The position numbers and the translations under genes were made by a program. Below, piece after piece: positions 35,853 to 46,549 of a stretch of DNA of 64,000 nt. Position 1 is the first letter of the stretch. Every line of letters starts with the position of its first letter. The DNA lies in the NCBI GenBank assembly GCA_963768855.1, contig CAVYJM010000006.1, positions 640,001 to 704,000 on the forward strand, in the 5' to 3' direction. The notes under the pieces were generated by a model. That model ran no database searches, had not been told where the DNA came from, and saw only the letters and a list, made by a program, of their open reading frames with translations. This DNA comes from an uncultured Thermoplasmata archaeon (GTDB lineage Archaea; Thermoplasmatota; Thermoplasmata; RBG-16-68-12).

Positions 35853-36944
35853 TTGGCAGCCCTCGGCCTGATCGAGAAGAACCAGGTCGTGGAGTTCCCG
35901 GTCGCGCAGCTTGCCCTTGCGGTCCTCAAGGCTAGTGTGGAGTCCGTGACCCTGCGCTCTCTTGGGTTCGTCGGCGCGGACGAGGACGTGCCGCTCGTCG
36001 AGATCCACGGATCTCCCTCAGACTTCCGACTCCGCGTGCTGACGGACAAGGCGGACTACTTGGACTGGTTGAACGGCGCCCTGCTCCGCGCCGGGATGGT
36101 CGAGCCGGTCGGCCTCACGTCGGTCGCCCGCCGGCTCGCGGAGTACGAGGACATTGTCCTCGGCGTCGACACGAACCTCCTGTACTCGTGCATCTTCGGT
36201 GAGCATCTCCTGGAGGAGTTCCACCGCATCCACGCGCGGCCCTACAAGGAGACGGTCAACTGGATCCTCCTGGTCATCCCAGGCGTCGTGATGAAGGAGC
36301 TGGAGAATGCGGCGAACCAGAAGAAGGGCGGGCACCTGACCCACGCCGGCCGCATGGGCTATCGCGCGCTCCAGGAGATCACGAGCCTCAAGCGGACGGA
36401 GGCCTTCCAGGGGATGAGCGTGCTCGTCGTCGGGGAGACGAACCCTCCGCAGCTCCGCCTCTCCGCGGACGGGCTCACGATCCTGAATGCGGACTCGATG
36501 ATTCGCGACCAGTTCAAGGCCTTCCTGCGAGGGATCGAGTTCCGCAAGGGCATCTTCTTCCTGACCATGGACAAGACGAACGCCTCGATGGCGGCAGCCG
36601 AGGGCCTGAGCGCGTTGCGCATCCAGCACCCCCGCCGGTTGCGGAAGGGCGACGAGGTCTCCCTCCCGCGGGAGGAGACGGTCCTCCTGGCCCGCGTGCT
36701 CTACGAGCTCGCGGTGGAGTTCGGGAAGATCCGGATCGCGTGGAACGACGGAGGTGCGCATCACCTGGACCTGGAGGGATCCTGGACCTGGAAGTCCATG
36801 GAGCACTGGGAGGCGTTCCAGCTCCTGTGCTCGGATCAGGACCGCGGCTTCGACAAAGCGATGTCCCGCTACATCGGCGGCCGCTTCGACCTCCGTCGCA
36901 TCCTCGAGCAGTGGCAGGAGATTCACGAGGCCCTCGCGGAGTGA
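35853..36944 (+). CDS. PIN-domain protein with N- and C-terminal extensions
   Basis: GVDTNLL, IPGVVMKELE, NADSMI and FLTMDK give the four PIN acidic positions; TTG start 1 nt after the ftsY stop with AGGAGG upstream. Confidence 0.75.
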   Translation: MAALGLIEKNQVVEFPVAQLALAVLKASVESVTLRSLGFVGADEDVPLVEIHGSPSDFRLRVLTDKADYLDWLNGALLRAGMVEPVGLTSVARRLAEYEDIVLGVDTNLLYSCIFGEHLLEEFHRIHARPYKETVNWILLVIPGVVMKELENAANQKKGGHLTHAGRMGYRALQEITSLKRTEAFQGMSVLVVGETNPPQLRLSADGLTILNADSMIRDQFKAFLRGIEFRKGIFFLTMDKTNASMAAAEGLSALRIQHPRRLRKGDEVSLPREETVLLARVLYELAVEFGKIRIAWNDGGAHHLDLEGSWTWKSMEHWEAFQLLCSDQDRGFDKAMSRYIGGRFDLRRILEQWQEIHEALAE

Positions 36945-37634
36945 TCACGCCGGTTCGCGGACCCAGCCGAACCGCTTCCGGAAGAGCCAGAGGAAGTTCG
37001 CGAATGCATCGTTGAAGCTCCGGATCTTCTTCTCGCCCACCCGGCGTCGGTAGTCGACGGGGACCTCCACGTAGCGGTATCCGTGGAGGAGGACCTCTGC
37101 TTTGAGCTCCTCTGAAAAGGCCATGCCGTCGTGGAGGATGTGGAGATGGGGCAGGAGATCGCGCCGGAACGCCCACATCCCCGACTGGGAATCCTGCATG
37201 GGGAAGCGGTAGAGGAATCGGAACGCGACGTTGAGCATCGTGTTGCCGAGGTGGTGCATCCCCGTCATCGCCTCCTTGGAGAGCCGGGTGATCCGGTCAC
37301 CCGCCACGAAGTCCGCTTGGCCTGACTCCAGGGGTCGGAGGAGGTCCGGGAACCGGTCGGCCGGATACGTGAGGTCCGCGTCGAGGGTGCACACGTACGT
37401 CCCTCGGACCGCCGCGAAGCCGGTCTTGTACGCCCGGCCGTAGCCGCGGCGGGGCTCCGACACCACGCGCGCCCCCTTCGAGGATGCGATCTCCCGCGTG
37501 CGGTCCCGCGAGTTCGTGTCGACGATCAGGATCTCGAGGTCACGGCCTGCGAGCGCCGCCCGGATCTCGTCGATCACTGCACCGATCGAGCCCTCCTCGT
37601 TCATCGTAGGGATGATGACGGAGACCTCGACCAC
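36945..37634 (-). CDS. GT2 glycosyltransferase (polyprenol-phosphate glycosyltransferase-like)
   Basis: IIPTMNEE, VDTNSRDRT, GYGRA, DADLTY and QDSQSG motifs. Confidence 0.92.
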   Translation of the reverse strand: MVEVSVIIPTMNEEGSIGAVIDEIRAALAGRDLEILIVDTNSRDRTREIASSKGARVVSEPRRGYGRAYKTGFAAVRGTYVCTLDADLTYPADRFPDLLRPLESGQADFVAGDRITRLSKEAMTGMHHLGNTMLNVAFRFLYRFPMQDSQSGMWAFRRDLLPHLHILHDGMAFSEELKAEVLLHGYRYVEVPVDYRRRVGEKKIRSFNDAFANFLWLFRKRFGWVREPA

Positions 37635-37676
37635 GCCGCGCGATTCAGACCCCTTCCTATAATGCTTTCCACCTTG

Positions 37677-38459
37677 CTACTCGGCCCTCTTCTTCCCGAA
37701 GAGTTTGTACCCGCCGTAGCCCAGGAACGCGGTGACCAGGCGCAGGAGGCTCCAGAACGTCGTCTTGTGCCGGACCATCTCGAAGGGACGGTAGGCCCCC
37801 CACAAGCTGCCGTGCTTCAGCGTGAGCTGCTTCCGGCCCACGCCGTTCCAGAACGCCTGGCGCACGAAGTCGAAGTACGAGTCCCGCGTGCGGTGGTAGA
37901 TGATGGCCCCCGCCCGGAACGAGATGGGATGCCCGGCGAGGACGGCGCGCAGGTTCAGGTCGATGTCCTCCGCGGTCACCATCCACTCGTCGAACCCGCC
38001 GATCTCCTGGAGGACCTTCTTCCGGTACGCCAGGTTCGAGGACGGATACGTGACGTCCACATCCCGGACGATCAGCTCAACCCGCTCGAGGTCCTCGAAG
38101 GGTCGGTACCCGATCTGGATGGAACGCCCTGCGACGACATCGGCGGTCTTCAGCCCGTCCCGCAACTCCTTGATCCAGAACGGGTTCGCGATCGCATCGC
38201 CGTCGATGAACGCGACGGCCTCGCCGCGGGCCTTCGCGATGCCGAAGTTCCGCCCGGCGCCGCGCGTCCCGCCGTGGATGTACAGGTGGACGGAGTCGTA
38301 GCGCTTCTCGTACCGCTGGACGACGTCGCGGGTCGCGTCCTCGCTTCCCGCATCGATGACGAGGATTTCGATCGGCGGTTCCTGGATCACGAGGCTGTCG
38401 AGGAGCGCGGCGATGTTCCGCGCCTCGTTCCGGACCGTGGTCACGACGCTGATGAGCAA
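37677..38459 (-). CDS. GT2-family glycosyltransferase
   Basis: VVTTVRNE, IDAGSEDAT, FIDGD, GGFDE and AEDIDL motifs. Confidence 0.92.
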   Translation of the reverse strand: MLISVVTTVRNEARNIAALLDSLVIQEPPIEILVIDAGSEDATRDVVQRYEKRYDSVHLYIHGGTRGAGRNFGIAKARGEAVAFIDGDAIANPFWIKELRDGLKTADVVAGRSIQIGYRPFEDLERVELIVRDVDVTYPSSNLAYRKKVLQEIGGFDEWMVTAEDIDLNLRAVLAGHPISFRAGAIIYHRTRDSYFDFVRQAFWNGVGRKQLTLKHGSLWGAYRPFEMVRHKTTFWSLLRLVTAFLGYGGYKLFGKKRAE

Positions 38460-38550
38460 CGCCGCGGCGAAGGGGCGGGGCCGTTATCAGAGTTTCGGGC
38501 GCGGGTCGGCGGATTAATATCGCCCTCGGCACATGCGCGCGGACGGTTCC

Positions 38551-39639
38551 ATGGCGCGCGTCGTGACGATCATCGGCACCCGGCCGGAGATCATCAAGAT
38601 GGCGCCTGTGATCAAGGCCCTGGATCGACTGGAGGGCATCGAGCACGTTCTCGTCCATTCGGGGCAGCACTACGACCTGCTCATGGACCGCATCTTCTTC
38701 CAGGACATGGAGCTTCGCGAACCCGACCGCCAGTTCGAGCTCAAGGACCAGCCGCCGCATCTCCAGGTGGCCACGACGATGCGGCAGATCGCGGAGGTCA
38801 CGAAGGACGCCGACCTGGTCATCGTGCACGGCGACACGAACACGACCGTCGCGGGCGCGCTCCTCGCGAGCAAGCAGTCGCGCCGTCTCGCCCACGTCGA
38901 GGCAGGCATCCGGTCGTTCGACCGCACGATGCCGGAGGAGATGAACCGCATCGTGGCGGACCAGCTTTCCCAGGTCCTCTTCGCTCCGACGCCGGTCTCC
39001 CGCGAGAACCTGCGGAAGGAAAATGTCACGGAGGGGGTCCACGTCGTGGGGAACAGCGTGGTCGACGCGCTGATGCAGAACCTCCCGATTGCGGAGACAA
39101 GGTCCACGATCCTGCGGACGCTCGGGCTCGCGCCGCGAGGGTATCTCCTGCTGACCTTCCATCGCGCCGAGAACGTCGATTCGAAGGAACGCCTGGCGCG
39201 AGCGCTGAACGCCTTCGAGGCGGCCGCGCAGGAGACCGCGCTCCCGGTCATCTTCCCGATCCATCCCCGCACGACGAAGCGTCTCAGGGAGTTCGGCCTC
39301 GAGAAGCGCGCCGCGGCCCTCACGGGCCTCCGCCGAATCGAGCCCACGGGCTACCTCGACATGCTCGTGCTCGAGAAGAGTGCCGCCGTCGTCCTCACGG
39401 ATTCGGGCGGGCTCCAGGAAGAGAGCTGCTTCTTCCGGGTGCCTTGCGTGACCCTTCGCGAGAACACGGAGAGACCGGAGAGCCTGGAGGTCGGGGCGAA
39501 CGTGCTCGCGGGCACGGATCCGGATCGGGTGCGCGCCGCGGTGCGTCATCAGCTGGACGCCACGCGGAACTGGCCGAACCCCTACGGCGACGGAACGACT
39601 TCACGGAGGATCGCCGCCGTCGTCGAGAGCCTGGGATGA
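38551..39639 (+). CDS. wecB: Second non-hydrolysing UDP-N-acetylglucosamine 2-epimerase
   Basis: GTRPEIIK, HSGQHYD, HGDTNT, HVEAGIRS, MPEEMNR, TDSGGLQEE and NPYGDG motifs. Confidence 0.92.
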   Translation: MARVVTIIGTRPEIIKMAPVIKALDRLEGIEHVLVHSGQHYDLLMDRIFFQDMELREPDRQFELKDQPPHLQVATTMRQIAEVTKDADLVIVHGDTNTTVAGALLASKQSRRLAHVEAGIRSFDRTMPEEMNRIVADQLSQVLFAPTPVSRENLRKENVTEGVHVVGNSVVDALMQNLPIAETRSTILRTLGLAPRGYLLLTFHRAENVDSKERLARALNAFEAAAQETALPVIFPIHPRTTKRLREFGLEKRAAALTGLRRIEPTGYLDMLVLEKSAAVVLTDSGGLQEESCFFRVPCVTLRENTERPESLEVGANVLAGTDPDRVRAAVRHQLDATRNWPNPYGDGTTSRRIAAVVESLG

Positions 39640-39643
39640 CCCG

Positions 39644-40744
39644 ATGACTTCCCGCGTCGTCTTCCTGCGTTCGAAGAGCCCGGCAGGCATCGAGCCGCGG
39701 CTGGAGAAGGAGGCGGCCACGTTGGTCCGAGCGGGCTACGAGGTGCATGCGATCCTCTGGGATCGCACGCGATCGTATCCGGTGGAGGAGACCCGTGACG
39801 GAATCCACGTCCACCGCTACCGGCTCCCCGCGCCGGAAGGAGAGCGCGGACTGGCGCTGAAGCTCCCCCGATGGTGGATCCACGCCGCGATGGCGACCGC
39901 CTCCTTGCGCCCGAGCGTGGTCCACGCCGTGGACTTCGATACCGCCTGGGCCGCGTGGATGGCGGCGCGGGTCTGCGGTGCGCGACTCGTTTACGACATC
40001 TTCGACTTCTATTCGGAGATGATCACGGCCGAGCTCCCTCCGGCCCTGCGACGATTCCTCACCCGCGCGGAGCGGCGCATGGTCGCGTCGGCCGACCTCG
40101 TGATTCTGCCGGACCAGCGCCGCGAGGTCCAGTTTGGCGGGGCCGTGCCCCGCAAGGTCATCGAGATCATGAACGTCCCCGAGGACCGCCGCCTCACCGT
40201 TGAGCCGGCCCCGCACTTCACCCTTTTCTACGGGGGGATGATCGCGAAGGATCGGGGCCTCATGGACCTCCTCGCCGCCTGCGAGGCCACGGGGGCGAGA
40301 CTGATCGTCGCGGGCCACGGGCCCGACGAGACGGAGCTCCTCCCCCACCTCGAGACCTCTCCAGCCTGTCTGTATCTGGGAACGATTCCGTACGACGAGG
40401 TCCTTCGCCAGACGGCGGCGTGCCATGCGATCGCGGCGCTCTACGATCCCCGAGTGCCCAACAACCGCTACGCGGCGCCGAACAAGGTGTTCGAGGCGAT
40501 GATGCTCGCGAAGCCGGTCCTCGTGTCGGATGGCATCGCCATCGCGGACCTCGTGCGCCGCGTGGGCTGCGGCCTCGTCGTCCCGTACGGAGACCGGGAG
40601 GCCCTCCGAACCGCCTTGGAGCGGCTCATGCTCTCGCCGGCCGAGTGCGAGACCCTGGGCGGCCGGGGCCGGATCGCCTTCGAATCCCGGTACAACTGGA
40701 AGGCGATGGAGGCTCGGCTCCTCCGTGCCTATGCGGAGCTGTGA
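39644..40744 (+). CDS. GT4-family glycosyltransferase
   Basis: YDIFDFY, FYGGMIAKDRG and PNKVFEAMMLAKPVL motifs. Confidence 0.9.
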   Translation: MTSRVVFLRSKSPAGIEPRLEKEAATLVRAGYEVHAILWDRTRSYPVEETRDGIHVHRYRLPAPEGERGLALKLPRWWIHAAMATASLRPSVVHAVDFDTAWAAWMAARVCGARLVYDIFDFYSEMITAELPPALRRFLTRAERRMVASADLVILPDQRREVQFGGAVPRKVIEIMNVPEDRRLTVEPAPHFTLFYGGMIAKDRGLMDLLAACEATGARLIVAGHGPDETELLPHLETSPACLYLGTIPYDEVLRQTAACHAIAALYDPRVPNNRYAAPNKVFEAMMLAKPVLVSDGIAIADLVRRVGCGLVVPYGDREALRTALERLMLSPAECETLGGRGRIAFESRYNWKAMEARLLRAYAEL

Positions 40745-41901
40745 CCTTGCGGATCCATCATGTGACTCCCCACTTCCTCCCGGACCGGGGCGGGGTCGAG
40801 TCCCATGTGCTCCGCCTGTCCGAGTTCCTGGTCGGGCGAGGCCATGAGGTGGTCGTGCACACTTCGGCTCGATCGCAGACCGGGGCGAGCCTCCCCGAGA
40901 CGGACCGGTTCGACGGCATCACGGTTCGGCGATACGATCCGGTCTTGCGGCTCGGGTACTATCTGACCACGTTCCACCCGGACTTCTCCGGCGCGGAGGT
41001 CGTGCACTTGCACGGGTACGGCTTGCTCGCGAACGACTGGTCGGCCCGCCGCGCGAATCGTCTGGGCGTGCCGGTCGTCTACACGCTGCACCATGGAGTC
41101 GCCCGCGCCGAGCCGACAGCCCTCGCCCGGGCAGAGCGGACGATCTATGATCGGCTCGTCGGTCGGAAGACGCTGTCCCTCGCGTCCGGGATCATCACGG
41201 CGAACGACGCGGACCGCCGGTGGCTCGAGACGCGCGGGATCCCGGGTGTCCGCATCCGCGTCATCCCCACGGGCCTCGAGGCGGACGCGTTCGAGGCCGG
41301 GGTCCCCGCGCGCACCCGGGATGCGTTGGGACTTGGGCGATACGTGCTCTACGTCGGGCGGCTCCAGAAGGAGAAGTCCGTGGACACGCTCCTGCGGGCC
41401 TTTGCGACCCTTCCGCCCGGGGGCGAGTCCCTCGTCCTCGCGGGCCCGGACGGGGGGGAGGGCGCCCGCCTGCGTGCCCTTGCAGCGTCCCTCGGGATCC
41501 AGGCTCGCGTCCGCTTCCTCGGGGAGGTCGACGAGGCCACGAAGCGGGACCTGCTCGCGGGCTGCGAAGTCCTCGTGCTGCCGAGTTTCTACGAGGCTCA
41601 AGGCATCGCGATCCTTGAGGCGTGGGCGCAGGGTCGACCCGTGATCGCGTCCCGGGTCGGCGGCGTTCGGGAACTCGTGGAGGATGGCCGCGACGGGTTG
41701 CTGGTACCATGGGGAGACGTTCAAGCGTTGGCCAAGCGCCTCCGGCAGATCCTTGGAGACCCGAATCTGGGGACCGCTCTTGGCGATGCGGGCTTGACGA
41801 AAGCGCGCGGGCGGTATGCTTGGAGTCGGCTGGCACCCGAGGTCGAGGCGGTCTACGAGTCCCTACTCCGCCCCGCTCCCGCCCAAGCGGGGAACGCTTA
41901 A
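40741..41901 (+). CDS. GT4-family glycosyltransferase
   Basis: GTG start overlapping the upstream TGA; GGVESH, LYVGRLQKEKS and EAQGIAILEAWAQGRPVI motifs. Confidence 0.9.
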   Translation: MTLRIHHVTPHFLPDRGGVESHVLRLSEFLVGRGHEVVVHTSARSQTGASLPETDRFDGITVRRYDPVLRLGYYLTTFHPDFSGAEVVHLHGYGLLANDWSARRANRLGVPVVYTLHHGVARAEPTALARAERTIYDRLVGRKTLSLASGIITANDADRRWLETRGIPGVRIRVIPTGLEADAFEAGVPARTRDALGLGRYVLYVGRLQKEKSVDTLLRAFATLPPGGESLVLAGPDGGEGARLRALAASLGIQARVRFLGEVDEATKRDLLAGCEVLVLPSFYEAQGIAILEAWAQGRPVIASRVGGVRELVEDGRDGLLVPWGDVQALAKRLRQILGDPNLGTALGDAGLTKARGRYAWSRLAPEVEAVYESLLRPAPAQAGNA

Positions 41902-41925
41902 TAGGCGTGCGGCTGGTCCCGGGCC

Positions 41926-43113
41926 GTGCGCGTCTGCATCGTGCTGCACACGGATCTCTTTACCCCGTGGCCCGTCGTGCGCCCGATGCGGGAAGCGCTC
42001 CTTCTGCGCGAACTGGGCCGCGAGGTGACCGTGCTCTGTTGGATCAAGGACCCCGCTTCCCCGCTCCCGGATCGAGAGGTCCGAGACGGTCTCAACGTCC
42101 AGAGGGTGAAGCTTGCCCCCCCACGAGGTGCGCTCGCGCGAGCGCTGGGGTATCCAGCGATCTCCCGCCGCTTCGCGAAGCAGATCGTCGCGTTGCGTCC
42201 GGATGCGATCGTGTGCCATGACCTCGAGCTGTTGTGGGCCGCGGTGCGCGCAGGTCGCAGGTTGCACGTGCCCGTCCTCTACCATTCCCACGAGGACTGG
42301 CCCGGGATGGTCTCCGAGCGGAGCCGAATCGAGGGCTGGGCGTTCGCCCACCTCGAGCGCTACCTTGTGCGCCGCGTCGAGCACGTGTACACGGTCGGAG
42401 ACCATCTCGCCGCCGCCTATCGTGCGCTCGGCCCCCCCGTTACGATCCAGTACGGCTCGAAGGCTGTGGCGGACCTGCCCCACCTCAGCGAGGCGGAGAG
42501 AACGCGGATCCGAGATGCGTTCGGCTTTCCGTCGGACGCGTTCCTCGTCGGTATCGTGGGGTCCCTCGGAGGCGGGATCGCATTCGACTCGATTCTCGAA
42601 GCGCTCGCCTCCCTCCCGCCCCACGTCAGGCTGCTGGTCGTGGGCGGGAGTCCGGAGCGGATCCGGGACCTTCGCCTCCTTTGCGAACAGCGTGGGCTCG
42701 CTCCTCGTGCCGCGTTCACAGGGCCCCTTCCCACTCCTGATTACCTGCGACATGTCGCCGTCCTCGATGTCGGGCTCGCCCTGTTCCTTCCGACGAATGC
42801 GAACGTCCGGCGGGTGGTGCCACTCAAGCTCTTCGACTACATGGGACTCGGGATTCCGGTGGTGGTGAGCGATTTCCCGTCCCTTCGCCAGATTGTGGTG
42901 GAGGACTGCGGGTTCGGATCCGCCGTCGACCCCGAGAGGCCGGAGGCGATTGCCGCCGCGATCCGGGCTTTTGAAGCGGATCCAGAACGTCGACGCGCGC
43001 TCGGCGAGGCGGCTCGCGCATGCTTCGTCGCCCGATACTCCTGGGATCGGATGCGGGAGCGGCTCATGGCTTCTCATCGGGTCTTCGCGCCTGCACCCGG
43101 GACGGGATCATGA
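41926..43113 (+). CDS. GT4-family glycosyltransferase
   Basis: CHDLE, YHSHE and PLKLFDYMGLGIPVVVSDFP motifs. Confidence 0.9.
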   Translation: MRVCIVLHTDLFTPWPVVRPMREALLLRELGREVTVLCWIKDPASPLPDREVRDGLNVQRVKLAPPRGALARALGYPAISRRFAKQIVALRPDAIVCHDLELLWAAVRAGRRLHVPVLYHSHEDWPGMVSERSRIEGWAFAHLERYLVRRVEHVYTVGDHLAAAYRALGPPVTIQYGSKAVADLPHLSEAERTRIRDAFGFPSDAFLVGIVGSLGGGIAFDSILEALASLPPHVRLLVVGGSPERIRDLRLLCEQRGLAPRAAFTGPLPTPDYLRHVAVLDVGLALFLPTNANVRRVVPLKLFDYMGLGIPVVVSDFPSLRQIVVEDCGFGSAVDPERPEAIAAAIRAFEADPERRRALGEAARACFVARYSWDRMRERLMASHRVFAPAPGTGS

Positions 43114-43844
43114 AGCCTCCACAAGGATGGGCGGATTTCCTCCCGCCTGCGCGCTACGCGTACCGGTACCGCAGCCGCGTCCTCGGATTCCTCCTAGACG
43201 GGCACGTCTATCTGCGCGAGATGCTCCGGCAGGCTTGGCCTGGAGCGATTCGCCGCGAACTCGCGGTCAACGAACGGATCATCGAGGTCCCGTTTGCATT
43301 GAAGGCCCTCGACCTCCAGGCCGGGAGTCGGATCCTGGACGTCGGCTCCCGGTGGTCCCTCCTTCCGCTCTACCTCTCCACGCTGGGCCATCGCGTCGTC
43401 GCATCGGATCTCGTCCCCGCAGAAGTTGTCGGCGCGGGGCCGGATGCCGTCGTGGCAGACTTGCGACGAGCGCCCTTCCGAGACGGTTCCTTCGACGCCG
43501 CGACGATGATTAGCACCCTCGAGCACGTCGGGATTGGGTTCTACGACGGACGCGTCTCGGGGGATGACGACCTGGCGGTGATGCGAGAGCTCCGGCGCAT
43601 CCTTCGGGCGGGGGCGCCTCTCGTCCTCACGGTGCCCTTCGGAAAGGGCGGGGTGGGCACTCTCCAGCGTGCCTATGACCCTGATCGTCTCCGGAGCGTC
43701 TCGGAGGGATGGGTCCGGGGAGAGGCCCGTTTCTTCCTCCGGGCGGGCTCCCGCTGGAGCGAGGTCTCGGAAGAGAGCGCCTCCCACGCTGACTCCGTCG
43801 ACGACACCCATGCGGTCGCTCTCCTTGTGCTCCGGCACCCCTGA
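43110..43844 (+). CDS. Class I SAM-dependent methyltransferase, probably glycan-modifying
   Basis: ERIIEVPF, ILDVGS, ISTLEHVG.G.Y and RILRAGAPLVLTVP motifs; ATGA-coupled to the upstream GT4. Confidence 0.85.
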   Translation: MKPPQGWADFLPPARYAYRYRSRVLGFLLDGHVYLREMLRQAWPGAIRRELAVNERIIEVPFALKALDLQAGSRILDVGSRWSLLPLYLSTLGHRVVASDLVPAEVVGAGPDAVVADLRRAPFRDGSFDAATMISTLEHVGIGFYDGRVSGDDDLAVMRELRRILRAGAPLVLTVPFGKGGVGTLQRAYDPDRLRSVSEGWVRGEARFFLRAGSRWSEVSEESASHADSVDDTHAVALLVLRHP

Positions 43845-43975
43845 CGCCGTTCATTGAAGGGCGACGGGAGAATCCGCTCACGAGAACCCGGAGATACGGG
43901 TCGCGGAATGCAGCGGGGCTGCGGTAGATCCGGTCATCCGTCCCCATGACCGATCCGGTGCGCCTGCGAATGAGG

Positions 43976-44991
43976 TCATCGTGTCTGCGCCTCGGCACGA
44001 CTCGGGGTGGTCCCCGCATGCCCCGGGCGGAGAGCCGCTTCGTACGGTCACGAGCGTCTGCTCGGCCATCCGACGGAAGCTGAAACTGCGTGCATGGGCG
44101 GCCCGATCCTCCGCGGTCCCCTTCGGACCTTGCCGGAGGCATGTCAGGATCGCCTGAGGCAGGTCCCCCGGCGCGGTGTAGTAGCAACCGAAAGGTCCCA
44201 AGACCTCGCGCACCGCAGGCGCGCGCGCGAGGACGTGGGCCCCGCAGGCAAGGGCCTCCAACGGGACGAATCCAAATCCCTCCTCGGGACACGGATGGAT
44301 GATCAGGGAGGTGCGGTTGTAGATCGACGGGAGGCTGGCCTCGCCGGACCACACGAACTTCACGCGTCCAGCGAGTTTCGGGATCGACGCCGCATGGTCT
44401 TCGAGCGGCTTGTTCAAGGCGATCCTCTTCCCGACGAAGTGGAGCTCATGAGGAATGCGGTCCGCGATCTCCTCGAAGGCCTTCAGGGTCGACCACGGGT
44501 CCTTGATGGACCGGTGGATTCCGACTTGGACCAGGAACGGGGGATCCGACCGTTCCTCCCTGGAGAATCTGGAAGCGCTCTTCAAGCCCGAGGGGCACGA
44601 GGTCCAGCGGAGCCTTCGGCCGGAACGTCGATTGCACAACCTCCCTCGTGCGGCGGCTGTCCACGAGAACCCGGCGCGACCGGTGCACGATCCACCGCAG
44701 CTTCTGGATGTGGAGGAAACGCACCCACCAATCGAAGTACTCGGGATACGTGACCGTGGCCAGATCGTGGATCGTGACCACGAGCGGCCTGCGGGGCCGG
44801 AGAGGCGCGTTCCAGGGAGGGCTGGGGTCGTGAAGCAGGTCCACGTCCGCGGGGTTCTCGCCCTTGTGGAGCGGGACCACGTCGACCCCGAGCGCCCGCA
44901 GTTCTCGGGTGAGGTAGTGGATGTACTTGGAGGTGCCCGTGCCGATCTCGTCGCCACCGTAGAGATGGTCGGAATACAGCCCAACCCGCAC
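43976..44991 (-). CDS. GT4-family glycosyltransferase with two apparent frameshifts
   Basis: N-half MRVGLY...VTIHDL..., C-half ...EGFGFVPLEALACG.... Removing one base at about 44562 and one at about 44046 gives a continuous GT-B protein ending ...LVTYEAAL...TR* at 43976. Confidence 0.8.
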
Positions 44992-45330
44992 GCGGTCACC
45001 TGCGGGGCGTCGTCCCGGCCGCCGCCCTCCAGGCGCCCCGGAGGGGGCCCATAGGGGTTGGTCTATTTAGAGATGGAGCGGGCCGCTCCCGCTCGCCGTC
45101 TCAGCGACGGGCGAGCTGCCGCGACAACGTGGTCGCCGACGGTCGCGACACGTTTATAGTCGTCCCGGTGTTCCCATCGGTTGTCCGACTCACGTCGGAC
45201 AACCGAGCGAAGGTGGATTCATTCCGCCGGGAGCGGACGGACCGTGCACGCCCTGTCGCGGACAGGGACGAGAGACCCTGGCTGAGCGAAGGCTCCGCTC
45301 CCCGCAGCCATCCCTCTGGAGCGGACTCCC

Positions 45331-46317
45331 TTGAAGAGGGTCCGCGTCGCTTTCGTTGCGAGCGTCGACCCGCCCTTCGTCCAGCGGGACCGTGAGATCC
45401 TCTCGCAGACGTTCGCCCTGGGAGACGTGCGTTGGCGAGGCAAGCGGAGCATTCCGACTCTCGCGGCAGCCGTTCTCCGTGCCGACGTGACCTTCAGTTG
45501 GTTTGCCCTCGATCATGCGTACGGCGCCTGTCGCCTTGCGCGCTTGTTCCACAAGAAGAGTATCGTGTTCGTGGGCGGGGTTGATGCGGCGAAACGGGCC
45601 GACCTCGAGTATGGCGTCTATCTGGATCCGGCGAAGGCGGCGCTGAGCCGGTATGCCGTCACCCACTCGGACCGCGTGCTCGTTGTGGACGACCGATTGC
45701 GGGAGGACCTGCGCGTGAACGCGGGCCTGGATCGTCCTGACATCGAAACGGTGCCGCTGGGATTCGACACGGCCTGGTTCAGCCCGGGAGACGGCCCCCG
45801 GTCGACGGTCCTCACGGTCGGGATTATCACGGACGTCAATCTGCGCCGGAAGGGCCTCCTCACCTTCGTTGAGGCGGCCCGCTTGCTGCCCGGCCTATCC
45901 TTCGTCATCGTAGGGGCGCGGGACAACTCCGCGACCACACGGCTCCGCGCGGTCGCACCTTCGAACGTACGGATCCTAGGTCAGATCCCAGACGAGGAGC
46001 TGCGGGAGGAATACCGTCACGCTCGGGTCTACGCTCAGCTTTCGGAGTACGAAGCCTTCGGCAGCTCGCTGGCGGAGGCCATGGCATGCGGCTGCGCGCC
46101 CGTTGGCACGCGCGTAGGTGGAATCCCGACGTTGATCGGCACCACGGGCCCCTACGTCTCCCCCGGTGATGCAAAAGCGGCGGCCCGGGCCATCGAGGCG
46201 GCGTTCGAGTCGGGAGACGGAAGCTCCGCACGGCAACGAATCGTGGACAGCTTTCCGTTGGCCCGACGACGGGACTCCTTGCGACGGATCGTCCAAGAGC
46301 TCGCCGACGCACGGTGA
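45331..46317 (+). CDS. GT4-family glycosyltransferase
   Basis: TTG start; RRKGLLTF and EAFGSSLAEAMACGCAPV motifs. Confidence 0.88.
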   Translation: MKRVRVAFVASVDPPFVQRDREILSQTFALGDVRWRGKRSIPTLAAAVLRADVTFSWFALDHAYGACRLARLFHKKSIVFVGGVDAAKRADLEYGVYLDPAKAALSRYAVTHSDRVLVVDDRLREDLRVNAGLDRPDIETVPLGFDTAWFSPGDGPRSTVLTVGIITDVNLRRKGLLTFVEAARLLPGLSFVIVGARDNSATTRLRAVAPSNVRILGQIPDEELREEYRHARVYAQLSEYEAFGSSLAEAMACGCAPVGTRVGGIPTLIGTTGPYVSPGDAKAAARAIEAAFESGDGSSARQRIVDSFPLARRRDSLRRIVQELADAR

Positions 46318-46549
46318 ACGACCCGAGCGATCGCAAGTCCCGGGACGCCCCACATTTGCAGGTCATGTCGCGGCGTGTTCCGGAGGAACGGGACGCGGCC
46401 CGTCTTTGTCAACGCGGTCCTTCGCCCCGCTATACTTTTATAGCCATCGAGGCTTTCCGCCCCTTTGTCCGACTTGCGTCGGACGTCAGAAGGATAAGGA
46501 TGGGATGGGTCGTCGTGGTGCCCTTCAGCGCTAACCTTCCCCCGCGCAG

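Noticed and set aside
45000-45330. Possible ncRNA or small gene in the gap between divergent GT4 genes
   Set aside because: Only GC-rich hairpins (e.g. about 45090-45117) and TATA-like boxes; no recognisable RNA family or convincing ORF.
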